Translations under genes and position numbers: made by a program
Source of the DNA: a virus
Reading direction: 5' to 3' (one strand)
DNA: 64,000 bases
IMG/VR virus record: IMGVR_UViG_3300047471_000616
Span: 1-64,000 of that record
In this document: piece by piece, positions 36,317 to 45,634 of the stretch
Numbering within the stretch: position 1 is the first letter of the stretch
Layout: every line of letters begins with the position of its first letter
Notes under the pieces: generated by a model
Seen by the model: the letters and a program-made list of their open reading frames with translations, nothing else
Database searches by the model: none
What the model was told of the DNA's origin: nothing

Positions 36317-37266
36317 ACTGGCAAGACTTCCTCACTGACAATCAGATAGAATGGGTTTCACGCGGGCCTAATACGGCCCGTGGTGAGATCAGCATTCAGT
36401 GTCCGTGGTGCGGCGATGAAGACCCCAGCCAACACCTGGGCATCAATCTGTCCAAGGGAAGCTGGGGTTGCCTGCGCAACCCTGAGCATCGCGGCCATTC
36501 AGCCACCTACCTGATTGGCACCCTGCTCAGGTGTTCGCAACACCAGGCCAGAATCATAGTCGATCAGTACAGTAGAAGCGATCCGGACCAGATTGACACC
36601 AGTGACATACCAGAAGTTGGTGAGGACTGGTTCAAGAAAGCTAAATTGGTTGAACCACCTGAAGTGCTACCAACTCTACGCGCGATTGAGGCTACAGGGA
36701 GCACGGCCAAGTTCTGGCAATATTTGCTGGTCAGGGGCTTTAACCCAGATGCCGTAATCAGGCAGTACAAGCTCCAATGCTGTATGGTGGACCGCTACAA
36801 GGACCGGCTGATCATACCGCTGTATCAGCGCAAGGCACTGATTGCCTGGACCGGCCGTGCTCTTGGTACCCCAGTAACCGCACCACGCTACCTCAGCTCC
36901 AAGCGGGTCAAGGAGACCATTTTCAATGAGGACGACCTGATGCAGGGCGGCAGGTTGTTGTTCATCACTGAGGGGCCGTTCGACGCCATGAAGCTGGACT
37001 ATCACGGCCTTGAACAGGGGGTGCGGGCCACCTGCACCTTCGGCACCAGCATACCCATTGAACAGCTGGTGCTGTTGAACAGCCGAAGAGCCCGCTTCGA
37101 TAAAACCGTTATACTGTTCGACCGTGATGCGGTAGAGCCTGCTTTCATAGCCAAGGAGTGGCTGCCGTCATCTACTGTGACGGTAGGGCAGCTGCCTGAG
37201 GGGGTCAAAGACCCAGGGGAACTATCCAGGGAGCAAATTCAGGAGTTGATCAATGGACAGACCTGA
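36313..37266 (+). CDS. DNA primase (Zn-binding domain + Toprim)
   Basis: CPWC...H...C; ITEGPFDA; FDRDA; KDPGE. Confidence 0.88.
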   Translation: MNWQDFLTDNQIEWVSRGPNTARGEISIQCPWCGDEDPSQHLGINLSKGSWGCLRNPEHRGHSATYLIGTLLRCSQHQARIIVDQYSRSDPDQIDTSDIPEVGEDWFKKAKLVEPPEVLPTLRAIEATGSTAKFWQYLLVRGFNPDAVIRQYKLQCCMVDRYKDRLIIPLYQRKALIAWTGRALGTPVTAPRYLSSKRVKETIFNEDDLMQGGRLLFITEGPFDAMKLDYHGLEQGVRATCTFGTSIPIEQLVLLNSRRARFDKTVILFDRDAVEPAFIAKEWLPSSTVTVGQLPEGVKDPGELSREQIQELINGQT

Positions 37267-37537
37267 AGGTGCTGTGACGCCTGAAGAGCTTGAGGCTTTG
37301 TTGGATAAGCACAACAAGGTAAGGGTCTATATGGTGTACCCCCGTGAAATATGGGATTACTTTTGTAAGGACCCTGGTCGCCACCCCAAGTATTGGTGCA
37401 TTGGGCCTGAAGGAGTAGAATATAATTTGGATTGGAATGGCGTGTGTTATGGAATGAAGCATTGGCCCGATCACCACATATTCGTAAACTACTGGCATTT
37501 CTATGCATACGAACTCAAACAGAGGAGAGCAAAGTGA
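37253..37537 (+). CDS. NYWxAYA-family small protein
   Basis: FVNYWHFYAY. Confidence 0.7.
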   Translation: MDRPEGAVTPEELEALLDKHNKVRVYMVYPREIWDYFCKDPGRHPKYWCIGPEGVEYNLDWNGVCYGMKHWPDHHIFVNYWHFYAYELKQRRAK

Positions 37538-38343
37538 GTGAGATTGAGGCAGAACTGGTCAAGCTTTTGAAGTTCAAGAAACACCCTGATGACTACGAGG
37601 ACCGGCAGGAGTACCTGACGGCATTAGCCGAAGCCGTGGATGGGGTTAAGGACGACACTACATTTGATAAGATGACTGAGCCTACCTATGACTGGCTGCA
37701 GGACGCAGTTGAGGCCAGGAACAAGAAACGGGAGATAGAGGATTTCCCTGACGCAGAACCGGAGGAGGTTGAGGATGCCAGCGAGGACGATGGAGCAGTT
37801 GAGGATGCTGAAGGTAGCGAACCCACCGAAGTGGATGCGGAAACGCCTGAAGAAACGCCTGAAGAAACACCTGAGGAAGGAGTTGCAGAGGGAGAGGAGA
37901 CAGAACAACAACTTGAAGAAGTTGGTGAGGAACCAACTTCAGAAGATGTTCAGCCTGGCGATGGACAACCAGTATCTGATGCGCCACCTGCAACAAAGAA
38001 GCACAAAAACCCCAGGAAAGGGTCGGGCGGCAGGTACCTCAGGAAGAAAAAGGGTAAACCGGACATCCAGCCGAAGCACAAGCCGGGCCACGAGCCGGAC
38101 TACACGAAAATAACCGGCAAGAAAGACCGCTACGGCGTCACCGAGGGCACCAAGGTCAGCATGGCTCTGAAGATGCTGGAAAAGGGCTGTACCATGCGCG
38201 ACGTGCAGCTTGAACTGGGCGACACCCAGTACAACATGCTGCGGAAGCTGCACAAGCAAGGGCACCGGATTGACAAGCTGGAGAACAAAGTCCTCAAACT
38301 TATTCACAAGGACGATGTGGGAAAGAAGGTGAAGGGCAAATGA
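37534..38343 (+). CDS. Protein with an acidic linker and a C-terminal HTH-like domain
   Basis: GAGGAG SD with GTG start; Glu-rich middle; C-terminus similar to 28179-28643. Confidence 0.75.
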   Translation: MSEIEAELVKLLKFKKHPDDYEDRQEYLTALAEAVDGVKDDTTFDKMTEPTYDWLQDAVEARNKKREIEDFPDAEPEEVEDASEDDGAVEDAEGSEPTEVDAETPEETPEETPEEGVAEGEETEQQLEEVGEEPTSEDVQPGDGQPVSDAPPATKKHKNPRKGSGGRYLRKKKGKPDIQPKHKPGHEPDYTKITGKKDRYGVTEGTKVSMALKMLEKGCTMRDVQLELGDTQYNMLRKLHKQGHRIDKLENKVLKLIHKDDVGKKVKGK

Positions 38344-38558
38344 CCGACCCCTTTGACTTGAAAGCACCACTGGTCACGGCCCTGTCGGCGAACGTTTACT
38401 CCGATGGGGTGAGGCTTAGCTTTGGTGAAGCCCTCCCTGCCGCTGGTAAGTCAACTTATCATACAGCAGTCTTCATACCTGCCAGGCTCTTTGTGGAGCT
38501 CAGGAAGCTGATCACCAACATAGAGCCCAAATTGGCTGAGATGAAAGATGCTGTATAA
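38340..38558 (+). CDS. Hypothetical protein
   Basis: ATGA coupling. Confidence 0.6.
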   Translation: MTDPFDLKAPLVTALSANVYSDGVRLSFGEALPAAGKSTYHTAVFIPARLFVELRKLITNIEPKLAEMKDAV

Positions 38559-39462
38559 AACCAAAGGCCCGTCAGGGAAAGTTATGCATAGAACCAGGCC
38601 CCTCCTTATCTCCGCTAAGGAGGGGTATTCACGTCCGGCACCGGGCAAAGCTTGGTTTCAGACTACCACCACTGTCTGGCGCGTGGATGAACTGATCCGC
38701 AGGCGGGTCAGGGACTGGCGCAGGTTGCTGGGGGAAACCGGCCATACCGGCACCCGCACTGAAACCATGAGAGCAGATCATGATAGTGTTTATACCGGTA
38801 CTCACAGCGTATTCCCTGCTCCTTTGGTTGAGTGGGTACTGCTTCGCTACGGACCACCCGGCGGTCGCATTCTTGATGCTTTTGCTGGCGGCCCTCCTCG
38901 GGCCGTTGTGTCGGCCATTATGGGCTACGAGTACGTCGGCTTCGAAATCAGGCAGGAGCAGATAGATGAAAACAAGTCCACGCTTGCTGATCTGCACCTT
39001 AGTGGTGGCAGCTTTATTCTCGGTGACGGCTGCGTACTCGGCAAAGATGTTGGCCTATTTGATATGGCATTGACTTGCCCACCTTACTGGAACTTGGAAA
39101 CGTACAGTGATCTGCCCAACGACCTCAGCAACCTGAAGACTTACAGTAGGTTTAATTCAGCCATGTTAGATTGCGCTCACGCACATCGTAAGCACATGAA
39201 GCCGGGTGCCTTTGTCTGCATCGTGGTTGGACCGTTCAGGGATAAGAAAACTGGTGAGTTGATTGATTTCCCGGCGCACACAGTCCAGAACTTTCAGGCT
39301 GCCGATTTCATCTATTGGCAGCAGATTGTGCTGTCAAAGAATTTTGCTTCAGCTGCTAAACGCTCTACCAATGCCTGGCGCGGATTGAAGTTAGTACCGG
39401 CGCACGAATTCTTATTGGTGTTCAAAACTCCTGGTGAGAAATCAAATGTCAGAAGCAAATGA
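38548..39462 (+). CDS. Amino (N6-A / N4-C) DNA methyltransferase
   Basis: ILDAFAGG motif I, GFEI, TCPPYW motif IV, MKPG. Confidence 0.8.
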   Translation: MLYKTKGPSGKVMHRTRPLLISAKEGYSRPAPGKAWFQTTTTVWRVDELIRRRVRDWRRLLGETGHTGTRTETMRADHDSVYTGTHSVFPAPLVEWVLLRYGPPGGRILDAFAGGPPRAVVSAIMGYEYVGFEIRQEQIDENKSTLADLHLSGGSFILGDGCVLGKDVGLFDMALTCPPYWNLETYSDLPNDLSNLKTYSRFNSAMLDCAHAHRKHMKPGAFVCIVVGPFRDKKTGELIDFPAHTVQNFQAADFIYWQQIVLSKNFASAAKRSTNAWRGLKLVPAHEFLLVFKTPGEKSNVRSK

Positions 39463-40007
39463 CGCTATCTCCTCCTCGTATTCAGGACACCCCAATGAGC
39501 CGTAAAAACAAGGAGGATTGGGGGCCAGGCCCCTGGCAGAATGAACCTGACGATAAGGATTGGGTTGACCCAGCCACCATGCTGGATTGTAAAATACTAC
39601 GCGGCCCGTTTGGGGCTCTCTGCGGGTACGTTGGCGTACCGAAAGAGCACCCGGCTTATGGAATGAGCTACAGTTTTTATATAGAGGGCTATGTCGACGA
39701 AAATGTTGAGTGGTGGCGTAGGCACATCACCCATCGGGTAGAATACAAAATCATGGACATTGACGTGCACGGAGGGCTGACTTTCTCAGGCCCACACACA
39801 GACAGTGATCTTCACTGGTTCGGCTTTGATTGTTCACATGCCTTTGACTTTACCCCAGGATTACTTGACGGTGAGACTTTACAGCATATCCGCATGAAGG
39901 ATGAAATTTACCGCGATATTGAATATGTCACCACGCAAGTCGAATCCTTGGCGAAGCAGCTGGCAGCAATAAAGAGGTTAGATGATGGACAGACAGGAAC
40001 TAGTTAA
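39459..40007 (+). CDS. Conserved phage hypothetical protein
   Basis: CGYVGVP..HP, VHGGLTFS, WFGFDCSH motifs. Confidence 0.75.
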   Translation: MTLSPPRIQDTPMSRKNKEDWGPGPWQNEPDDKDWVDPATMLDCKILRGPFGALCGYVGVPKEHPAYGMSYSFYIEGYVDENVEWWRRHITHRVEYKIMDIDVHGGLTFSGPHTDSDLHWFGFDCSHAFDFTPGLLDGETLQHIRMKDEIYRDIEYVTTQVESLAKQLAAIKRLDDGQTGTS

Positions 40008-41010
40008 GAAGCTTGGGCTGGTCAGCTTGGCGCTGGCCGACAATGACCTGATACCGATCCTTAAATGCTTCGCCTTCACCGGCGAAGATGTCATTGCCTG
40101 CAATGACACCTTGGGGGTAACCACCCCCTGCCCCACCGAAGAAGCATTTTGTGTGCATGGGAAAACGCTCAAGGAGCTGCTTGAGAACAGTCATGCAGAA
40201 ACGGTGGTCTTCAAGATTGAGGGTGACGACCTGGTGGTCAGGACCGGCAAATCCACCTTCAAGCTACCCTGGTTCCCGATTGAGGACTTTCTCTGGCTGG
40301 TGCCGGTTGACCTTGAGCCAATCATGGAGCTTAATGAAGACCTTCTCATTGGGCTTGGTCAATGTTTGTCGACAGTCAGCAAGGACTACACACAACTGAA
40401 AATGATGGGGGTGCGCCTGCACCAAGGCACTCTATACTCCAGTGATGGGGATGCTTTCACAAGGTATGTTACCGACACCAAGGTGACGGCAAAGGTGGAC
40501 CGCCTGCTGCCAAACGATTTCTGTGCTTCGTTGATTAAAATAACAGAGCAGTCCGAGGCCAGTTCGGGTGAGATTTCCATCAATGACGAATGGGCAGCGG
40601 TAGAGTTGGACAGCGAATTCAGCATCTACGGTAGGCTGCTGGAAATTGACAACCCGCTTGACCACGAGGCGTTGATCAAGCGTACTCTGAAGGCCAAGCC
40701 ACAATTCACCAAGGTGCCGGAGGGGCTGGATCACGCCCTTAGCAGGGCCAGGGTAGTGGCCGACCCTGAGTCCGCCAAAACCGTATTCACCATCAAAGGC
40801 GGCCGGTTGGGACTGCTGACAACTGCCTCTATGGGTATCATAAAGGATAACTTGCCATTCAACGGCCATAGTGATGTGCAAGCTAACGTCTCGGCAGCAC
40901 GTATCCAACGCTGCATCAGCCTGTGTGATGAAATGTCGGTCGCTGAGAACTGCTGCACGTTCCGCTCAGGCAGCAAGTTGTTTATCCTGGCATCAAATCT
41001 GGGAGAATAA
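39982..41010 (+). CDS. DNA polymerase III beta-like sliding clamp
   Basis: 342 aa; ..IPILKC..F, MMGV....LYSSDG, GRLLE, ALSRA patterns; position in the replication module. Confidence 0.72.
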   Translation: MMDRQELVKKLGLVSLALADNDLIPILKCFAFTGEDVIACNDTLGVTTPCPTEEAFCVHGKTLKELLENSHAETVVFKIEGDDLVVRTGKSTFKLPWFPIEDFLWLVPVDLEPIMELNEDLLIGLGQCLSTVSKDYTQLKMMGVRLHQGTLYSSDGDAFTRYVTDTKVTAKVDRLLPNDFCASLIKITEQSEASSGEISINDEWAAVELDSEFSIYGRLLEIDNPLDHEALIKRTLKAKPQFTKVPEGLDHALSRARVVADPESAKTVFTIKGGRLGLLTTASMGIIKDNLPFNGHSDVQANVSAARIQRCISLCDEMSVAENCCTFRSGSKLFILASNLGE

Positions 41011-41011
41011 A

Positions 41012-41257
41012 ATGCAGGACAGATTGAGGAATGCAAGACTGCATACATTCCAACAGCCTAAGGGGGCGTGCGCTGAATGCGGCGGGCGCGTTGTCTGCGA
41101 TAGAACAACTAATTTGAATGGTGGCAGGACAATAGTTTCAAAAAAGTACTGTCTTGATTGTGGCATCCATCCAATTCCCTGGTGGAAACGGCTGAGCCCA
41201 ACTGAAAGGATGATGCATTTCTTGCGTGTTGGTAAGTACGACCCAAGCAGGAGGTAG
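41012..41257 (+). CDS. Zinc-ribbon small protein
   Basis: CAEC...CLDC; GGAG SD. Confidence 0.6.
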   Translation: MQDRLRNARLHTFQQPKGACAECGGRVVCDRTTNLNGGRTIVSKKYCLDCGIHPIPWWKRLSPTERMMHFLRVGKYDPSRR

Positions 41258-41259
41258 CC

Positions 41260-43938
41260 ATTTCATTTTACTTCGCTAAGCAAGCCCGCAAGGCTGCAAA
41301 GCCTGCTGGCAAAGCCCCTTTGGGCACGCCCCGCAATGCCCGCGCCAGTGTGCAGGCGTTGCGTAGGCTTGGCTGCAAAGCCTGCCCCTTGAATAAGGCT
41401 GACGTGCAAACGCCCAAAATGTTGCCTACGCTGGCACGCCAAACTGAAGTGTATTTTCTAGCTGAAGCACCAGGGAGGGATGAAGATGAAAACACGGGGA
41501 AACCGCTCACAGGTCCCAGTGGTACTCTTTTACGGCAGTGCATTCCTAACGGCTTTGTACCTGTATGCTCTTTTGACAACGTGTGCAACTGTCGACCCAC
41601 CGATGCCAAAGGGAACCGCGCACCAACTTGGCAGGAAGTAGAATGTTGCCAGCCCAGACGGGTCAAATTCATAGAACAGGCCAAGCCCAAGCTGATTGTC
41701 GGCCTGGGGGCAGTGCCGTTGCAGGCCATACTGGGATCAGGTGACCTGGCCGGGATGCGCGGCAGGCTGTTCGCAGTCAAAATAGGCAGCCACGAATGCT
41801 GGTTCATGCCTACCTATCATCCATCCTTCATCCTGAGGACCGCCTATGACAAGAAAAAGCCCCTCCAATCCAAACTCGGCCACTGCTTCAGGATGGATGT
41901 CCGTCGTGCTTGCGAAATGGCCGCAGAACTCAAACCCTGCAAAATTGATAGCGAAAGCGAAATCAGATCAGGAGTGCAGTGCTTTGACGGATCAGATCCC
42001 TCCCATTACGGAAAATTATGTGCGCTACTTGATCATGCTGGCCAGGCTGACACCCAGGCTGACACCATCGCAGTCGATATCGAGACCAGGGGACTCAGAC
42101 CCTTCAGCGACGGCGCAGCCATCATGTCTATCGCCATATCAACTGCAACATCTAATTTCAGCTTTGCAGTTGAACATCCAGCATCAGCATTTTCAGTTGA
42201 TCAACGAAAAATCATTAGTGAGTTATGTGCAAGGATACTTGGAAGCAGCGGGCCGACTAAAGCCGCACATAACGCACCATTTGAGCTCGAGTGGTTTATC
42301 TGGCTATTTGGACGCGAGATCGTGGACCACGCGACTTGGGAATGCACTCAGATGCAAGCCCATTTTCTGGATGAAAGGCGTGGCAAGCAGGGTCATGGGG
42401 AGGATAACTTCCGGGCTCCATACCAAAGTCTAGACTTCCTGGTGAAGCAGCACTTCGGCATAAAATATAAGTCCATGTTCAAGCTGAACAAAAAGGACAT
42501 GTCAAAGTCCGACCTAGGCGAGATGCTGATTTACAACGCCCTGGATACGAAGTATACGCTCAAGCTCCACCACGCCCAGACCAAGCTGCTGAAGGAGCGC
42601 GGGCTGCATGACGCCTACCTTGAGGCACTGCCACGGCAGTCTTCAGTAGCCTTGATGCAGACCCTTGGGGTGCTGGTGGACCAGGCTGAAGTCAAACGCA
42701 ATCAGGCCAAACTAGGTAAGGAAATAGCTGGTATTGAGGCTGAGATGGACGCCCTGCCGGTTGTGCGTGAGTACAAGGCAGATCACCGTGAAGTCAACTT
42801 CGCAGCTGGCCCAGACTCCCTTGACATCTTCAAGGACTACTTGAAATGCCCAGAAGTGAGGGTCAATCCTGAACATCACGAAGTGCACGACTACAACATT
42901 GCATCCAAGGCTAAGCGCAAGTTTGATGAAGCACCAGGGAAACCCAAATATTCGGTGGATAAAAATGTGCTTGATAAGATTGACCATCCCCTCGCCAAAC
43001 TTATCGGTGACTTGCGTAACAAAACCAAACTCAAATCAACATACTGTGATGGTTTGGAATTCGGAAGGGGTGCTTTGGTGTACCCTGACGGTAGATTACA
43101 CTGTAACTTCAACACCACCTTCGCAGAAACCGGGCGAACGAGTAGTGATGCTCCAAACATGCAAAATTTCCCCCAACGCAAAGACTCCTGGATCAGAAAG
43201 CAAATCGTGGCCCCAAAGGGTCATGTCTTTGTTGCGTTTGATTATGGTCAGCTAGAGGGTTGTACTGCTGCCATGTGCAGCAAGGACAAAGTGTTGGTGA
43301 AAGCCCTGTGGGAGGACTATGACATTCACATGGAGTGGGCACAGAAGCTGGCTGCCAGGTACCCTGAGATTGGCGTAGCGGACAAAGCCCTGAGGGCACG
43401 GGTCAAAAACAAGCTAGTGTTCCCGGCCATCTTTGGGGCCAAGAATAGCTCAATTGCCGACTACCTGAAGGTGCCTGAAGACGTTATTGACGACATTATG
43501 GATTCTTTCTGGGAGACATTCGATGGCTTAGCCGAATGGCAAGATCGAATTATGAAATTTTACTACGAAGAGGGATATGTTGAAAGCCCAACTGGTAGGA
43601 GGCATCATTACCCCCTAACAAGGAACCAAGCTATCAACTTCCCCATACAAAGTGTAGCCTGTGATCTGGTCTGCTGTGCCATGAACGAGTTATCACACAA
43701 AGCAGTGTCGTCCGGCAATTGGCATCTGCATCCTATACTAAACATACATGACGATTTATCGTTCTCGATACCTGACAATGACCAAATTCTTGAGAAATCA
43801 ATTGAAACTATCTACAGGGCCATGCTAGACCAACCATATGATTTTATCAATGTGCCTCTTTCCGTGAAGGCGTCGATTGGTAAGAATTGGTTTGATATGC
43901 AGGATATAGGGGCATTCTGGAGTCACAAGGATCTGTAA
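41260..43938 (+). CDS. Family A DNA polymerase with an N-terminal family-4 uracil-DNA glycosylase-like domain and a 3'-5' exonuclease
   Basis: CKACPL, AEAPG..E, NCRP, TYHPS (UDG); DIET, YNALD (exo); TGRTSS..PNMQN, DYGQLE, NFPIQS, IHDD (PolA). Start inferred at ATT after AGGAGGT. Confidence 0.92.
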   Translation: MSFYFAKQARKAAKPAGKAPLGTPRNARASVQALRRLGCKACPLNKADVQTPKMLPTLARQTEVYFLAEAPGRDEDENTGKPLTGPSGTLLRQCIPNGFVPVCSFDNVCNCRPTDAKGNRAPTWQEVECCQPRRVKFIEQAKPKLIVGLGAVPLQAILGSGDLAGMRGRLFAVKIGSHECWFMPTYHPSFILRTAYDKKKPLQSKLGHCFRMDVRRACEMAAELKPCKIDSESEIRSGVQCFDGSDPSHYGKLCALLDHAGQADTQADTIAVDIETRGLRPFSDGAAIMSIAISTATSNFSFAVEHPASAFSVDQRKIISELCARILGSSGPTKAAHNAPFELEWFIWLFGREIVDHATWECTQMQAHFLDERRGKQGHGEDNFRAPYQSLDFLVKQHFGIKYKSMFKLNKKDMSKSDLGEMLIYNALDTKYTLKLHHAQTKLLKERGLHDAYLEALPRQSSVALMQTLGVLVDQAEVKRNQAKLGKEIAGIEAEMDALPVVREYKADHREVNFAAGPDSLDIFKDYLKCPEVRVNPEHHEVHDYNIASKAKRKFDEAPGKPKYSVDKNVLDKIDHPLAKLIGDLRNKTKLKSTYCDGLEFGRGALVYPDGRLHCNFNTTFAETGRTSSDAPNMQNFPQRKDSWIRKQIVAPKGHVFVAFDYGQLEGCTAAMCSKDKVLVKALWEDYDIHMEWAQKLAARYPEIGVADKALRARVKNKLVFPAIFGAKNSSIADYLKVPEDVIDDIMDSFWETFDGLAEWQDRIMKFYYEEGYVESPTGRRHHYPLTRNQAINFPIQSVACDLVCCAMNELSHKAVSSGNWHLHPILNIHDDLSFSIPDNDQILEKSIETIYRAMLDQPYDFINVPLSVKASIGKNWFDMQDIGAFWSHKDL

Positions 43939-44435
43939 TGGATACTAAACAGCTAGTAACAAGGCTTAAACGTGACTATCTTTATAATCAGGAAACTGGA
44001 GATTTCTATCATCTCAAAAGAGGTAGTACTGCTGGTTACCGGCGCAAGGATGGGTACGTTGAATTGTATGTAGGAGGGATGCCATATCTGGCCCACCGCA
44101 TGGCGTGGCTGTACACAACTGGGCAGTTGCCGCATGAGGTAGATCACAAGAATGGGGTCAGATCAGATAATAGATGGTCTAATCTTCGTGAAGCTTCAAG
44201 AAGCCAGAATAATGGCAACAGCAACGGTTGGTCCAAATCAAAAAGGAAGAATAATTTGCCAAGAGGGGTGTACATCAATAAGGCCCTACCTCACAGGTTT
44301 TTGGCAAGGATAGAAATAGGCCGTAGGTGCATAAGCCTGGGAAGTTTTGACACTGTGGCTGAGGCAGAAACAGCCTACAAAGAGGCGGCGCACAAACACT
44401 TCGGTGTGTTTGTCAGGAGTAATCGTGATGTATGA
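43938..44435 (+). CDS. HNH-AP2 homing endonuclease
   Basis: AHRMAW, VDHKNG.RSDNRWSNLR; C-terminal LGSFDT...A..AY..AA...FG. Confidence 0.9.
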   Translation: MDTKQLVTRLKRDYLYNQETGDFYHLKRGSTAGYRRKDGYVELYVGGMPYLAHRMAWLYTTGQLPHEVDHKNGVRSDNRWSNLREASRSQNNGNSNGWSKSKRKNNLPRGVYINKALPHRFLARIEIGRRCISLGSFDTVAEAETAYKEAAHKHFGVFVRSNRDV

Positions 44436-44685
44436 GGACGTAGGGGCAATTGCTTGGGTGATCTTCATCATATTGCTTGCCTGGTTGATGTTCTGCGCCT
44501 GGCGCACGTCTAGGCAACAACGTGCTCTGATAAATGCCCTGCTTATGGTTGAAAAATCAAGGATCAGAGCCGGGTTTAAGTACAATGAAGCCTTTTTGCT
44601 TCCGTTGAGGCGTGTTGGCTTTGGTAAGCACTTCTGGCATCTGTTCACCTTCCGCAACGCAGCAGGCCTCTATGACCGCAAATAG
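44428..44685 (+). CDS. Small membrane protein
   Basis: AGGAG SD; N-terminal TM helix. Confidence 0.55.
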   Translation: MYEDVGAIAWVIFIILLAWLMFCAWRTSRQQRALINALLMVEKSRIRAGFKYNEAFLLPLRRVGFGKHFWHLFTFRNAAGLYDRK

Positions 44686-45634
44686 CTTGCATACCCGGTA
44701 CCGTCCCTTGAGTTTTGATGAAGTTCTCGGCCAAGATAATACAGTCGCTTCACTCAAACAGGCAATCAAAGGAAACCGCGCTCACAGCTACATCTTCACC
44801 GGCCCGTCCGGGACTGGTAAAACCACCCTGGCCCGCATCCTGGCCAATGAGTTTGCCGGGGTTGAGGCAACCATAGCAAACGTGGAGGAGATCGATGCAG
44901 CAACGAACTCTGGTGCTGACGCTATGCGGAGCGTTGTCACTCGTTCAATGTACCGGGCCATTGGAGCTGGAGACGGTATCAAAAATATCATCATCGATGA
45001 AGCACACCGTCTGTCAGCAGCAGCCTGGACCATCCTCCTCAAACCGATAGAGGAACCGCCCAAGCACGTGTATTGGATGCTGTGCACTACCGAACCTGGG
45101 AGGATACCCAAAACCATTCAGACCCGTTGTCTCAAGTATGATCTAAAACCGGTAGGGGAGGAATTGATATATGAGCTACTACAATCTGTGGTCGAGGTTG
45201 AGGGGTTTGGAACCACCGACGAAGTCATTGCGGCCATTGCCGAAGATGCAAGTGGTAGCCCTCGTCAGGCGTTGGTATGGCTGGAGGCCTGCATCCATGC
45301 GAAAAATGCCCAAGAAGCCCGTCAAATCATACGCAGTGCAACGCAAAGCCGTGAGGCGGTTGATCTGGCTAGATGGCTCCTCGGCGGGCGTGGCCAGACA
45401 TGGGCTGAGGCCGTTAAGCTTGTTAAGGCCCTGGAAGGCACCGACCCTGAGAGCGTGAGAATCATGCTGATGAACTACTTCGGCAACGTGCTGCTCAATA
45501 CCACTGGCGACGACAAGGCACGGCAAGTGCTGGCACTCATAGAACCGTTCAGGGCTTCTTACAATGCCAGTGACCGCATGACCCCACTGCTGTACAGTAT
45601 TGCGATGGCCATCAACCTGGACTATCGTCCATGA
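44672..45634 (+). CDS. Clamp loader, DnaX (gamma/tau)-like
   Basis: YRP..FDEVLGQ, GPSGTGKTT, IIDEAH, IEEPP, TRC. Confidence 0.92.
   Translation: MTANSLHTRYRPLSFDEVLGQDNTVASLKQAIKGNRAHSYIFTGPSGTGKTTLARILANEFAGVEATIANVEEIDAATNSGADAMRSVVTRSMYRAIGAGDGIKNIIIDEAHRLSAAAWTILLKPIEEPPKHVYWMLCTTEPGRIPKTIQTRCLKYDLKPVGEELIYELLQSVVEVEGFGTTDEVIAAIAEDASGSPRQALVWLEACIHAKNAQEARQIIRSATQSREAVDLARWLLGGRGQTWAEAVKLVKALEGTDPESVRIMLMNYFGNVLLNTTGDDKARQVLALIEPFRASYNASDRMTPLLYSIAMAINLDYRP

Noticed and set aside
12290-37537. Diversity-generating retroelement behind the paralog families
   Set aside because: No reverse transcriptase in the window and no near-identical TR/VR pair differing at adenines; paralogs are diverged throughout.
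43938-44435. HNH gene as part of a group I intron in the polymerase
   Set aside because: The polymerase has motifs A, B and C and ends before the HNH start, so the endonuclease is free-standing.
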